This document shows positions 51,321 to 61,749 of a DNA stretch of 64,000 bases, piece by piece. The stretch covers positions 11,842,001 to 11,906,000 of the forward strand of contig NC_087254.1 of NCBI RefSeq assembly GCF_037042905.1, given 5' to 3'. The DNA is from Lytechinus pictus. Lineage: Eukaryota. Below the pieces are notes generated by a model that was not told where the DNA came from, ran no database searches, and worked only from the letters and a program-made list of their open reading frames with translations. The number at the start of each line of letters is the position of its first letter. Position 1 is the stretch's first letter. The position numbers were made by a program, and so were the translations under genes.

Positions 51321-53266
51321 CTAATTAGGCAAATTAGCCCCTTTGTCTAGAACGGTAAGCCAGATATTGCTGAGTTGGAGGCCGCTGTCTTGAGGAACAG
51401 TGTTATGTTCCTCAATCTCCAACGCTTCTCTGACTCTCCGTTGATACCAGTAGGGGACACGGGTGACTAGTCTACTCTCATCCCAAAGAATCCGGTGATC
51501 ATGCGTATGGGCATGATCGATGATTGCAGACCTCTCCCTCTCGTCTCTCCTACCATGGGCCTTGTGTTCCTTAATCCGAGTGTTGAAGGAACGACCCGTC
51601 TCTCCGATGTAAACTTTACCGCATTCACAGGGAATTCGGTAAACTCCAGGGAGGTCCTTGGAGTTGCGCTTGTCCTTATGTGTAGTGAGGGCAGATTGAA
51701 GCTTATTTGAGGAACTATGACGAACCTCAATGTCGGCTTCTCTCAAAATCCTCTGAATTTTGTGAGAGGCTGCTCCCAGATATGGAAGAACGACTCTCGC
51801 CTTGGGTTGTCCTGCACGAGGGTTCCGCGAGGGGGGAAGCTCAGTGCAGATCTTGTGTGAGGGGTAGTTGTTACATTTCAAAACACGTTTGATATGCTCA
51901 AGCTCACCTCTCAGGTGGATCTGGTCACTAACCTCATGCGCTCGTTTGACTAACGTCTTGTTGATGGATCTCAGCACTGATGGGTGGTGGAATGAACGAT
52001 AGTTCAAGTACCGATCAGTGTGAGTAGGTTTCCGATAAACCTGATGGGATAGGGATCCCTGTGCCGTCCTCGTAATCTTTGTATCAAGAAAGGGGATAGA
52101 CCCCTCATTCTCCATTTCCATGGTGAACTTGATACACTCGTGTTGAGAGTTGAGGTGCTGTAAGAAATTGCTAGTTTCCTCAGCACCGTGTTGCCAAACC
52201 ACAAAAGTGTCGTCCACATATCTAAGCCACACTTTGGGTTTGTGGGTTGCTGACTGGAGAGCCGTCTCCTCGAAATGTTCCATGAACATGTTGGCTACCA
52301 CTGGGGACAGGGGAGACCCCATGGCAGCCCCTTCCGTTTGCCTGTAGAATGTGTCTCTCCATCTGAAAGAGGTGGAATTGAGGCACATCTCAAGCAGGTC
52401 ATGGATCTCTAGAGGAGACAACTGTGTCCTGTCAGGGAGAGTTCTGTCAAATTTCAATCTCTCAAGGATGATGGCGCAAGCATCCTTAACTGGTACACTT
52501 GTGAACAATGACTCAACATCAAAGCTGATGAGGAGGTCATTGTTAGAGACGTTCATCTGACAGATCTGCTCAACGAAATGTTTAGAGTTTCTCACGTGAT
52601 GCACGCCCTGACCAACAAGAGGCTGTAAGATGTAAGTCAGATGCTGAGCCAGTGCGTACGTGGGAGATCCTCTAGTAGACACAATAGGTCTGAGTGGAGT
52701 GTCTGGTTTATGAATCTTCGGTTGCCCAAAGATTATGGGACATAGACCAGACGAGCTCCGGAGTTGTCGGTAAATGGGTCTAGACAAGACATCCTTTCTC
52801 TGGAGAGAGAGGAGCTTATCATTAACCCTACGTTCGATGGCCGGCGTGGGGTCTCTAGGAAGTTTCCTATAGGTCCCCGAATCCAGTAATCTTTGAACCT
52901 TGGTCTCATAATCCAATCTGTCCATCACAACAGTAGCATTACCCTTGTCTGCCTTGAGAATATGAATGGAGTTATCCTCTCGGAGACTAGCAAGGCCTGA
53001 CTTCTCGGCTTTGGTGAGGTTGGGCCGAGGTGGGTTAACCGAAGTCAGTACTTGTGAGATTTGGATACGCACTGTGTCTGATTGAGACCGAGTAAGATGT
53101 CTGAGGCTGGGTTCAATCTTCTGGATGAATTCTTTTCGGTTTACTTGCTTAGGAGCCATAGCAAAATTAAGTCCCAATGAGAGGACCTGATGTTCATTCT
53201 CAGACAACTGACGTTGACTGAGGTTGACAACAGTTTTGCTAGGATGCAAGTTGTGTCTGGGCTGGC
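51321..53266 (-). pseudogene. 5'-truncated PLE ORF (RT and endonuclease retained), open across the inversion junction to an ATG at 53369
   Basis: Homology stops inside the 18-bp QPRHNR repeat at 53266. The ORF track shows a 682-aa chimeric frame 51321-53369. Confidence 0.9.
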
Positions 53267-53367
53267 TGTCGAAACGTCGAGATTGGGTGGTCCTTTTCAG
53301 GACCAACATATGCCCAAGAAAGAATACATGGTGTACCGTGAAACCTACTACACTATTCTTCTTCGCC

Positions 53368-55792
53368 ATGGAAACCTTCAGAAATTATATCATTCGTCTC
53401 TACGGGGAGCAGACGTTCCAGCACACCAGAAGACTACAGCGGAACAGGATCAAGGAAGCCAGATTTGTCAACCATCTCACCTTTCTCAAAAGGTGCAGGG
53501 ATTCAGGGGTTATCCCCCGCGGATTGGTGCTCCATGCACCTGTCCGTTCCAGACGAGCGGAGCAGGTTCTTAGACATGCTTCTGAGAGTCTCATCAGAGA
53601 GAGGATCAGACACGTCCATAACCAGCTCAGACAACTTCAACCTTTTGTTGAAACATCGGAAGAATACCTAAAGTCAAAGCTCTCGAGCAAGGATTGGGGT
53701 AAAATCGATCGTTTCATCAAATCTTCCAGCCACTTCGTTTTTGAGACAACTAAGTCCAAACAAGTGAGGAAGTTTGAGAAACTGATCCGTCCTTCCCGTT
53801 TCAACAAACACCAGCCGAGACACAACCGCCAGCCGAGACACAACCGCCAGCCCAGACACAACTTGCATCCTAGCAAAACTGTTGTCAACCTCAGTCAACG
53901 TCAGTTGTCTGAGAATGAACATCAGGTCCTCTCATTGGGACTTAATTTTGCTATGGCTCCTAAGCAAGTAAACCGAAAAAGAATTCATCCAGAAGATTGA
54001 ACCCAGCCTCAGACATCTTACTCGGTCTCAATCAGACACAGTGCGTATCCAAATCTCACAAGTACTGACTTCGGTTAACCCACCTCGGCCCAACCTCACC
54101 AAAGCCGAGAAGTCAGGCCTTGCTAGTCTCCGAGAGGATAACTCCATTCATATTCTCAAGGCAGACAAGGGTAATGCTACTGTTGTGATGGACAGATTGG
54201 ATTATGAGACCAAGGTTCAAAGATTACTGGATTCGGGGACCTATAGGAAACTTCCTAGAGACCCCACGCCGGCCATCGAACGTAGGGTTAATGATAAGCT
54301 CCTCTCTCTCCAGAGAAAGGATGTCTTGTCTAGACCCATTTACCGACAACTCCGGAGCTCGTCTGGTCTATGTCCCATAATCTTTGGGCAACCGAAGATT
54401 CATAAACCAGACACTCCACTCAGACCTATTGTGTCTACTAGAGGATCTCCCACGTACGCACTGGCTCAGCATCTGACTTACATCTTACAGCCTCTTGTTG
54501 GTCAGGGCGTGCATCACATGAGAAACTCTAAACATTTCGTTGAGCAGATCTGTCAGATGAACGTCTCTAACAATGACCTCCTCATCAGCTTTGATGTTGA
54601 GTCATTGTTCACAAGTGTACCAGTTAAGGATGCTTGCGCCATCATCCTTGAGAGATTGAAATTTGACAGAACTCTCCCTGACAGGACACAGTTGTCTCCT
54701 CTAGAGATCCATGACCTGCTTGAGATGTGCCTCAATTCCACCTCTTTCAGATGGAGAGACACATTCTACAGGCAAACGGAAGGGGCTGCCATGGGGTCTC
54801 CCCTGTCCCCAGTGGTAGCCAACATGTTCATGGAACATTTCGAGGAGACGGCTCTCCAGTCAGCAACCCACAAACCCAAAGTGTGGCTTAGATATGTGGA
54901 CGACACTTTTGTGGTTTGGCAACACGGTGCTGAGGAAACTAGCAATTTCTTACAGCACCTCAACTCTCAACACGAGTGTATCAAGTTCACCATGGAAATG
55001 GAGAATGAGGGGTCTATCCCCTTTCTTGATACAAAGATTACGAGGACGGCACAGGGATCCCTATCCCATCAGGTTTATCGGAAACCTACTCACACTGATC
55101 GGTACTTGAACTATCGTTCATTCCACCACCCATCAGTGCTGAGATCCATCAACAAGACGTTAGTCAAACGAGCGCATGAGGTTAGTGACCAGATCCACCT
55201 GAGAGGTGAGCTTGAGCATATCAAACGTGTTTTGAAATGTAACAACTACCCCTCACACAAGATCTGCACTGAGCTTCCCCCCTCGCGGAACCCTCGTGCA
55301 GGACAACCCAAGGCGAGAGTCGTTCTTCCATATCTGGGAGCAGCCTCTCACAAAATTCAGAGGATTTTGAGAGAAGCCGACATTGAGGTTCGTCATAGTT
55401 CCTCAAATAAGCTTCAATCTGCCCTCACTACACATAAGGACAAGCGCAACTCCAAGGACCTCCCTGGAGTTTACCGAATTCCCTGTGAATGCGGTAAAGT
55501 TTACATCGGAGAGACGGGTCGTTCCTTCAACACTCGGATTAAGGAACACAAGGCCCATGGTAGGAGAGACGAGAGGGAGAGGTCTGCAATCATCGATCAT
55601 GCCCATACGCATGATCACCGGATTCTTTGGGATGAGAGTAGACTAGTCACCCGTGTCCCCTACTGGTATCAACGGAGAGTCAGAGAAGCGTTGGAGATTG
55701 AGGAACATAACACTGTTCCTCAAGACAGCGGCCTCCAACTCAGCAATATCTGGCTTACCGTTCTAGACAAAGGGGCTAATTTGCCTAATTAG
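53368..55792 (+). pseudogene. PLE RT + GIY-YIG copy with +1 frameshift
   Basis: CGAAAAAG (5 A) at about 53976-53980 versus CGAAAAG in the other copies splits the ORF into 258 aa and 583 aa. Also a V>M change (CACATG vs CACGTG) near 54518. The extra A could be a homopolymer consensus error. Confidence 0.8.
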
Positions 55793-55829
55793 CCTACCCG
55801 GACGTTCCACACACGTGTGAGCACTGCAG

Positions 55830-56069
55830 TGTATGGGCGGAAGTGGTGACTTTTGTCATTAATGCTAATCCTAGCGGGAATGATAACTGACAGCAATTTC
55901 CGGTCGTCGCTGGTTTTGCGCGCCCAATTTGTGTGTTGTCACCCACGTCCGCATATGTGGATGTCATGTGACCTATCTAGCCAATCAGAGACATGTACCC
56001 TGCGAGATACCGTGCATACGGCACTTCGACAGAGTATATAAGGCCTGCTTTTACAAACTTTGCTCATTC
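55830..56069 (+). promoter_or_regulatory. Putative Pol II promoter in the PLE pseudo-LTR (repeated at every unit boundary)
   Basis: GGGCGGAAGT (GC/ETS-like) near 55835, CCAAT at 55981, TATATAAG at 56035, and Inr-like TCATTC whose A (56066) lies 31 nt after the TATA start. Confidence 0.7.
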
Positions 56070-56115
56070 TCCTGAGGACGACAAGAACACACTTGTCGAA
56101 ACGTCGAGATTGGGT
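56062..56115 (+). ncRNA. Minimal type I hammerhead ribozyme (PLE-type); predicted cleavage after 56105
   Basis: GCTCAT-TCTC (stem I), CTGAGGA core, one extra C, GACAAG-aacaca-CTTGTC (stem II), GAAA, CG, TC^, then GAGA-T-TGGGT (stem I partner). Stem III is reduced to the palindrome ACGT. Confidence 0.9.
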
Positions 56116-56194
56116 GGTCCTTTTCAGGACCAACATATGCCCAAGAAAGAATACATGGTGTACCGTGAAACCTACTACACTATTCTTCTTCGCC

Positions 56195-58600
56195 ATGGAA
56201 ACCTTCAGAAATTATATCATTCGTCTCTACGGGGAGCAGACGTTCCAGCACACCAGAAGACTACAGCGGAACAGGATCAAGGAAGCCAGATTTGTCAACC
56301 ATCTCACCTTTCTCAAAAGGTGCAGGGATTCAGGGGTTATCCCCCGCGGATTGGTGCTCCATGCACCTGTCCGTTCCAGACGAGCGGAGCAGGTTCTTAG
56401 ACATGCTTCTGAGAGTCTCATCAGAGAGAGGATCAGACACGTCCATAACCAGCTCAGACAACTTCAACCTTTTGTTGAAACATCGGAAGAATACCTAAAG
56501 TCAAAGCTCTCGAGCAAGGATTGGGGTAAAATCGATCGTTTCATCAAATCTTCCAGCCACTTCGTTTTTGAGACAACTAAGTCCAAACAAGTGAGGAAGT
56601 TTGAGAAACTGATCCGTCCTTCCCGTTTCAACAAACACCAGCCGAGACACAACCGCCAGCCCAGACACAACTTGCATCCTAGCAAAACTGTTGTCAACCT
56701 CAGTCAACGTCAGTTGTCTGAGAATGAACATCAGGTCCTCTCATTGGGACTTAATTTTGCTATGGCTCCTAAGCAAGTAAACCGAAAAGAATTCATCCAG
56801 AAGATTGAACCCAGCCTCAGACATCTTACTCGGTCTCAATCAGACACAGTGCGTATCCAAATCTCACAAGTACTGACTTCGGTTAACCCACCTCGGCCCA
56901 ACCTCACCAAAGCCGAGAAGTCAGGCCTTGCTAGTCTCCGAGAGGATAACTCCATTCATATTCTCAAGGCAGACAAGGGTAATGCTACTGTTGTGATGGA
57001 CAGATTGGATTATGAGACCAAGGTTCAAAGATTACTGGATTCGGGGACCTATAGGAAACTTCCTAGAGACCCCACGCCGGCCATCGAACGTAGGGTTAAT
57101 GATAAGCTCCTCTCTCTCCAGAGAAAGGATGTCTTGTCTAGACCCATTTACCGACAACTCCGGAGCTCGTCTGGTCTATGTCCCATAATCTTTGGGCAAC
57201 CGAAGATTCATAAACCAGACACTCCACTCAGACCTATTGTGTCTACTAGAGGATCTCCCACGTACGCACTGGCTCAGCATCTGACTTACATCTTACAGCC
57301 TCTTGTTGGTCAGGGCGTGCATCACGTGAGAAACTCTAAACATTTCGTTGAGCAGATCTGTCAGATGAACGTCTCTAACAATGACCTCCTCATCAGCTTT
57401 GATGTTGAGTCATTGTTCACAAGTGTACCAGTTAAGGATGCTTGCGCCATCATCCTTGAGAGATTGAAATTTGACAGAACTCTCCCTGACAGGACACAGT
57501 TGTCTCCTCTAGAGATCCATGACCTGCTTGAGATGTGCCTCAATTCCACCTCTTTCAGATGGAGAGACACATTCTACAGGCAAACGGAAGGGGCTGCCAT
57601 GGGGTCTCCCCTGTCCCCAGTGGTAGCCAACATGTTCATGGAACATTTCGAGGAGACGGCTCTCCAGTCAGCAACCCACAAACCCAAAGTGTGGCTTAGA
57701 TATGTGGACGACACTTTTGTGGTTTGGCAACACGGTGCTGAGGAAACTAGCAATTTCTTACAGCACCTCAACTCTCAACACGAGTGTATCAAGTTCACCA
57801 TGGAAATGGAGAATGAGGGGTCTATCCCCTTTCTTGATACAAAGATTACGAGGACGGCACAGGGATCCCTATCCCATCAGGTTTATCGGAAACCTACTCA
57901 CACTGATCGGTACTTGAACTATCGTTCATTCCACCACCCATCAGTGCTGAGATCCATCAACAAGACGTTAGTCAAACGAGCGCATGAGGTTAGTGACCAG
58001 ATCCACCTGAGAGGTGAGCTTGAGCATATCAAACGTGTTTTGAAATGTAACAACTACCCCTCACACAAGATCTGCACTGAGCTTCCCCCCTCGCGGAACC
58101 CTCGTGCAGGACAACCCAAGGCGAGAGTCGTTCTTCCATATCTGGGAGCAGCCTCTCACAAAATTCAGAGGATTTTGAGAGAAGCCGACATTGAGGTTCG
58201 TCATAGTTCCTCAAATAAGCTTCAATCTGCCCTCACTACACATAAGGACAAGCGCAACTCCAAGGACCTCCCTGGAGTTTACCGAATTCCCTGTGAATGC
58301 GGTAAAGTTTACATCGGAGAGACGGGTCGTTCCTTCAACACTCGGATTAAGGAACACAAGGCCCATGGTAGGAGAGACGAGAGGGAGAGGTCTGCAATCA
58401 TCGATCATGCCCATACGCATGATCACCGGATTCTTTGGGATGAGAGTAGACTAGTCACCCGTGTCCCCTACTGGTATCAACGGAGAGTCAGAGAAGCGTT
58501 GGAGATTGAGGAACATAACACTGTTCCTCAAGACAGCGGCCTCCAACTCAGCAATATCTGGCTTACCGTTCTAGACAAAGGGGCTAATTTGCCTAATTAG
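56195..58600 (+). CDS. PLE RT + GIY-YIG, intact, lacking one 18-bp repeat (801 aa)
   Basis: Same protein with two rather than three QPRHN units. Confidence 0.95.
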   Translation: METFRNYIIRLYGEQTFQHTRRLQRNRIKEARFVNHLTFLKRCRDSGVIPRGLVLHAPVRSRRAEQVLRHASESLIRERIRHVHNQLRQLQPFVETSEEYLKSKLSSKDWGKIDRFIKSSSHFVFETTKSKQVRKFEKLIRPSRFNKHQPRHNRQPRHNLHPSKTVVNLSQRQLSENEHQVLSLGLNFAMAPKQVNRKEFIQKIEPSLRHLTRSQSDTVRIQISQVLTSVNPPRPNLTKAEKSGLASLREDNSIHILKADKGNATVVMDRLDYETKVQRLLDSGTYRKLPRDPTPAIERRVNDKLLSLQRKDVLSRPIYRQLRSSSGLCPIIFGQPKIHKPDTPLRPIVSTRGSPTYALAQHLTYILQPLVGQGVHHVRNSKHFVEQICQMNVSNNDLLISFDVESLFTSVPVKDACAIILERLKFDRTLPDRTQLSPLEIHDLLEMCLNSTSFRWRDTFYRQTEGAAMGSPLSPVVANMFMEHFEETALQSATHKPKVWLRYVDDTFVVWQHGAEETSNFLQHLNSQHECIKFTMEMENEGSIPFLDTKITRTAQGSLSHQVYRKPTHTDRYLNYRSFHHPSVLRSINKTLVKRAHEVSDQIHLRGELEHIKRVLKCNNYPSHKICTELPPSRNPRAGQPKARVVLPYLGAASHKIQRILREADIEVRHSSSNKLQSALTTHKDKRNSKDLPGVYRIPCECGKVYIGETGRSFNTRIKEHKAHGRRDERERSAIIDHAHTHDHRILWDESRLVTRVPYWYQRRVREALEIEEHNTVPQDSGLQLSNIWLTVLDKGANLPN

Positions 58601-58869
58601 CCTACCCGGACGTTCCACACACGTGTGAGCACTGCAGTGTATGGGCGGAAGTGGTGACTTTTGTCATTAATGCTAATCCTAGCGGGAATGATAACTGACA
58701 GCAATTTCCGGTCGTCGCTGGTTTTGCGCGCCCAATTTGTGTGTTGTCACCCACGTCCGCATATGTGGATGTCATGTGACCTATCTAGCCAATCAGAGAC
58801 ATGTACCCTGCGAGATACCGTGCATACGGCACTTCGACAGAGTATATAAGGCCTGCTTTTACAAACTTT

Positions 58870-58923
58870 GCTCATTCTCCTGAGGACGACAAGAACACAC
58901 TTGTCGAAACGTCGAGATTGGGT
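58870..58923 (+). ncRNA. Hammerhead ribozyme copy; cleavage after 58913
   Basis: Identical motif. Confidence 0.9.
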
Positions 58924-59002
58924 GGTCCTTTTCAGGACCAACATATGCCCAAGAAAGAATACATGGTGTACCGTGAAACCTACTACACTATTCTTCTTCG
59001 CC

Positions 59003-61426
59003 ATGGAAACCTTCAGAAATTATATCATTCGTCTCTACGGGGAGCAGACGTTCCAGCACACCAGAAGACTACAGCGGAACAGGATCAAGGAAGCCAGATT
59101 TGTCAACCATCTCACCTTTCTCAAAAGGTGCAGGGATTCAGGGGTTATCCCCCGCGGATTGGTGCTCCATGCACCTGTCCGTTCCAGACGAGCGGAGCAG
59201 GTTCTTAGACATGCTTCTGAGAGTCTCATCAGAGAGAGGATCAGACACGTCCATAACCAGCTCAGACAACTTCAACCTTTTGTTGAAACATCGGAAGAAT
59301 ACCTAAAGTCAAAGCTCTCGAGCAAGGATTGGGGTAAAATCGATCGTTTCATCAAATCTTCCAGCCACTTCGTTTTTGAGACAACTAAGTCCAAACAAGT
59401 GAGGAAGTTTGAGAAACTGATCCGTCCTTCCCGTTTCAACAAACACCAGCCGAGACACAACCGCCAGCCGAGACACAACCGCCAGCCCAGACACAACTTG
59501 CATCCTAGCAAAACTGTTGTCAACCTCAGTCAACGTCAGTTGTCTGAGAATGAACATCAGGTCCTCTCATTGGGACTTAATTTTGCTATGGCTCCTAAGC
59601 AAGTAAACCGAAAAGAATTCATCCAGAAGATTGAACCCAGCCTCAGACATCTTACTCGGTCTCAATCAGACACAGTGCGTATCCAAATCTCACAAGTACT
59701 GACTTCGGTTAACCCACCTCGGCCCAACCTCACCAAAGCCGAGAAGTCAGGCCTTGCTAGTCTCCGAGAGGATAACTCCATTCATATTCTCAAGGCAGAC
59801 AAGGGTAATGCTACTGTTGTGATGGACAGATTGGATTATGAGACCAAGGTTCAAAGATTACTGGATTCGGGGACCTATAGGAAACTTCCTAGAGACCCCA
59901 CGCCGGCCATCGAACGTAGGGTTAATGATAAGCTCCTCTCTCTCCAGAGAAAGGATGTCTTGTCTAGACCCATTTACCGACAACTCCGGAGCTCGTCTGG
60001 TCTATGTCCCATAATCTTTGGGCAACCGAAGATTCATAAACCAGACACTCCACTCAGACCTATTGTGTCTACTAGAGGATCTCCCACGTACGCACTGGCT
60101 CAGCATCTGACTTACATCTTACAGCCTCTTGTTGGTCAGGGCGTGCATCACGTGAGAAACTCTAAACATTTCGTTGAGCAGATCTGTCAGATGAACGTCT
60201 CTAACAATGACCTCCTCATCAGCTTTGATGTTGAGTCATTGTTCACAAGTGTACCAGTTAAGGATGCTTGCGCCATCATCCTTGAGAGATTGAAATTTGA
60301 CAGAACTCTCCCTGACAGGACACAGTTGTCTCCTCTAGAGATCCATGACCTGCTTGAGATGTGCCTCAATTCCACCTCTTTCAGATGGAGAGACACATTC
60401 TACAGGCAAACGGAAGGGGCTGCCATGGGGTCTCCCCTGTCCCCAGTGGTAGCCAACATGTTCATGGAACATTTCGAGGAGACGGCTCTCCAGTCAGCAA
60501 CCCACAAACCCAAAGTGTGGCTTAGATATGTGGACGACACTTTTGTGGTTTGGCAACACGGTGCTGAGGAAACTAGCAATTTCTTACAGCACCTCAACTC
60601 TCAACACGAGTGTATCAAGTTCACCATGGAAATGGAGAATGAGGGGTCTATCCCCTTTCTTGATACAAAGATTACGAGGACGGCACAGGGATCCCTATCC
60701 CATCAGGTTTATCGGAAACCTACTCACACTGATCGGTACTTGAACTATCGTTCATTCCACCACCCATCAGTGCTGAGATCCATCAACAAGACGTTAGTCA
60801 AACGAGCGCATGAGGTTAGTGACCAGATCCACCTGAGAGGTGAGCTTGAGCATATCAAACGTGTTTTGAAATGTAACAACTACCCCTCACACAAGATCTG
60901 CACTGAGCTTCCCCCCTCGCGGAACCCTCGTGCAGGACAACCCAAGGCGAGAGTCGTTCTTCCATATCTGGGAGCAGCCTCTCACAAAATTCAGAGGATT
61001 TTGAGAGAAGCCGACATTGAGGTTCGTCATAGTTCCTCAAATAAGCTTCAATCTGCCCTCACTACACATAAGGACAAGCGCAACTCCAAGGACCTCCCTG
61101 GAGTTTACCGAATTCCCTGTGAATGCGGTAAAGTTTACATCGGAGAGACGGGTCGTTCCTTCAACACTCGGATTAAGGAACACAAGGCCCATGGTAGGAG
61201 AGACGAGAGGGAGAGGTCTGCAATCATCGATCATGCCCATACGCATGATCACCGGATTCTTTGGGATGAGAGTAGACTAGTCACCCGTGTCCCCTACTGG
61301 TATCAACGGAGAGTCAGAGAAGCGTTGGAGATTGAGGAACATAACACTGTTCCTCAAGACAGCGGCCTCCAACTCAGCAATATCTGGCTTACCGTTCTAG
61401 ACAAAGGGGCTAATTTGCCTAATTAG
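59003..61426 (+). CDS. PLE RT + GIY-YIG, intact copy
   Basis: Translation identical to the minus-arm copies. Confidence 0.96.
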   Translation: METFRNYIIRLYGEQTFQHTRRLQRNRIKEARFVNHLTFLKRCRDSGVIPRGLVLHAPVRSRRAEQVLRHASESLIRERIRHVHNQLRQLQPFVETSEEYLKSKLSSKDWGKIDRFIKSSSHFVFETTKSKQVRKFEKLIRPSRFNKHQPRHNRQPRHNRQPRHNLHPSKTVVNLSQRQLSENEHQVLSLGLNFAMAPKQVNRKEFIQKIEPSLRHLTRSQSDTVRIQISQVLTSVNPPRPNLTKAEKSGLASLREDNSIHILKADKGNATVVMDRLDYETKVQRLLDSGTYRKLPRDPTPAIERRVNDKLLSLQRKDVLSRPIYRQLRSSSGLCPIIFGQPKIHKPDTPLRPIVSTRGSPTYALAQHLTYILQPLVGQGVHHVRNSKHFVEQICQMNVSNNDLLISFDVESLFTSVPVKDACAIILERLKFDRTLPDRTQLSPLEIHDLLEMCLNSTSFRWRDTFYRQTEGAAMGSPLSPVVANMFMEHFEETALQSATHKPKVWLRYVDDTFVVWQHGAEETSNFLQHLNSQHECIKFTMEMENEGSIPFLDTKITRTAQGSLSHQVYRKPTHTDRYLNYRSFHHPSVLRSINKTLVKRAHEVSDQIHLRGELEHIKRVLKCNNYPSHKICTELPPSRNPRAGQPKARVVLPYLGAASHKIQRILREADIEVRHSSSNKLQSALTTHKDKRNSKDLPGVYRIPCECGKVYIGETGRSFNTRIKEHKAHGRRDERERSAIIDHAHTHDHRILWDESRLVTRVPYWYQRRVREALEIEEHNTVPQDSGLQLSNIWLTVLDKGANLPN

Positions 61427-61695
61427 CCTACCCGGACGTTCCACACACGTGTGAGCACTGCAGTGTATGGGCGGAAGTGGTGACTTTTGTCATTAATGCT
61501 AATCCTAGCGGGAATGATAACTGACAGCAATTTCCGGTCGTCGCTGGTTTTGCGCGCCCAATTTGTGTGTTGTCACCCACGTCCGCATATGTGGATGTCA
61601 TGTGACCTATCTAGCCAATCAGAGACATGTACCCTGCGAGATACCGTGCATACGGCACTTCGACAGAGTATATAAGGCCTGCTTTTACAAACTTT

Positions 61696-61749
61696 GCTCA
61701 TTCTCCTGAGGACGACAAGAACACACTTGTCGAAACGTCGAGATTGGGT
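61696..61749 (+). ncRNA. Hammerhead ribozyme copy; cleavage after 61739
   Basis: Identical motif. Confidence 0.9.

Noticed and set aside
56060-56194. 45-aa N-terminal extension of the PLE protein (852-aa call)
   Set aside because: It begins at a TTG upstream of the predicted TSS and overlaps the ribozyme. The gccATGg at 56195 is the credible start.
42989-61280. Many repeated 60-90 aa ORFs
   Set aside because: Antisense or alternate-frame shadows of the repeated PLE ORF.
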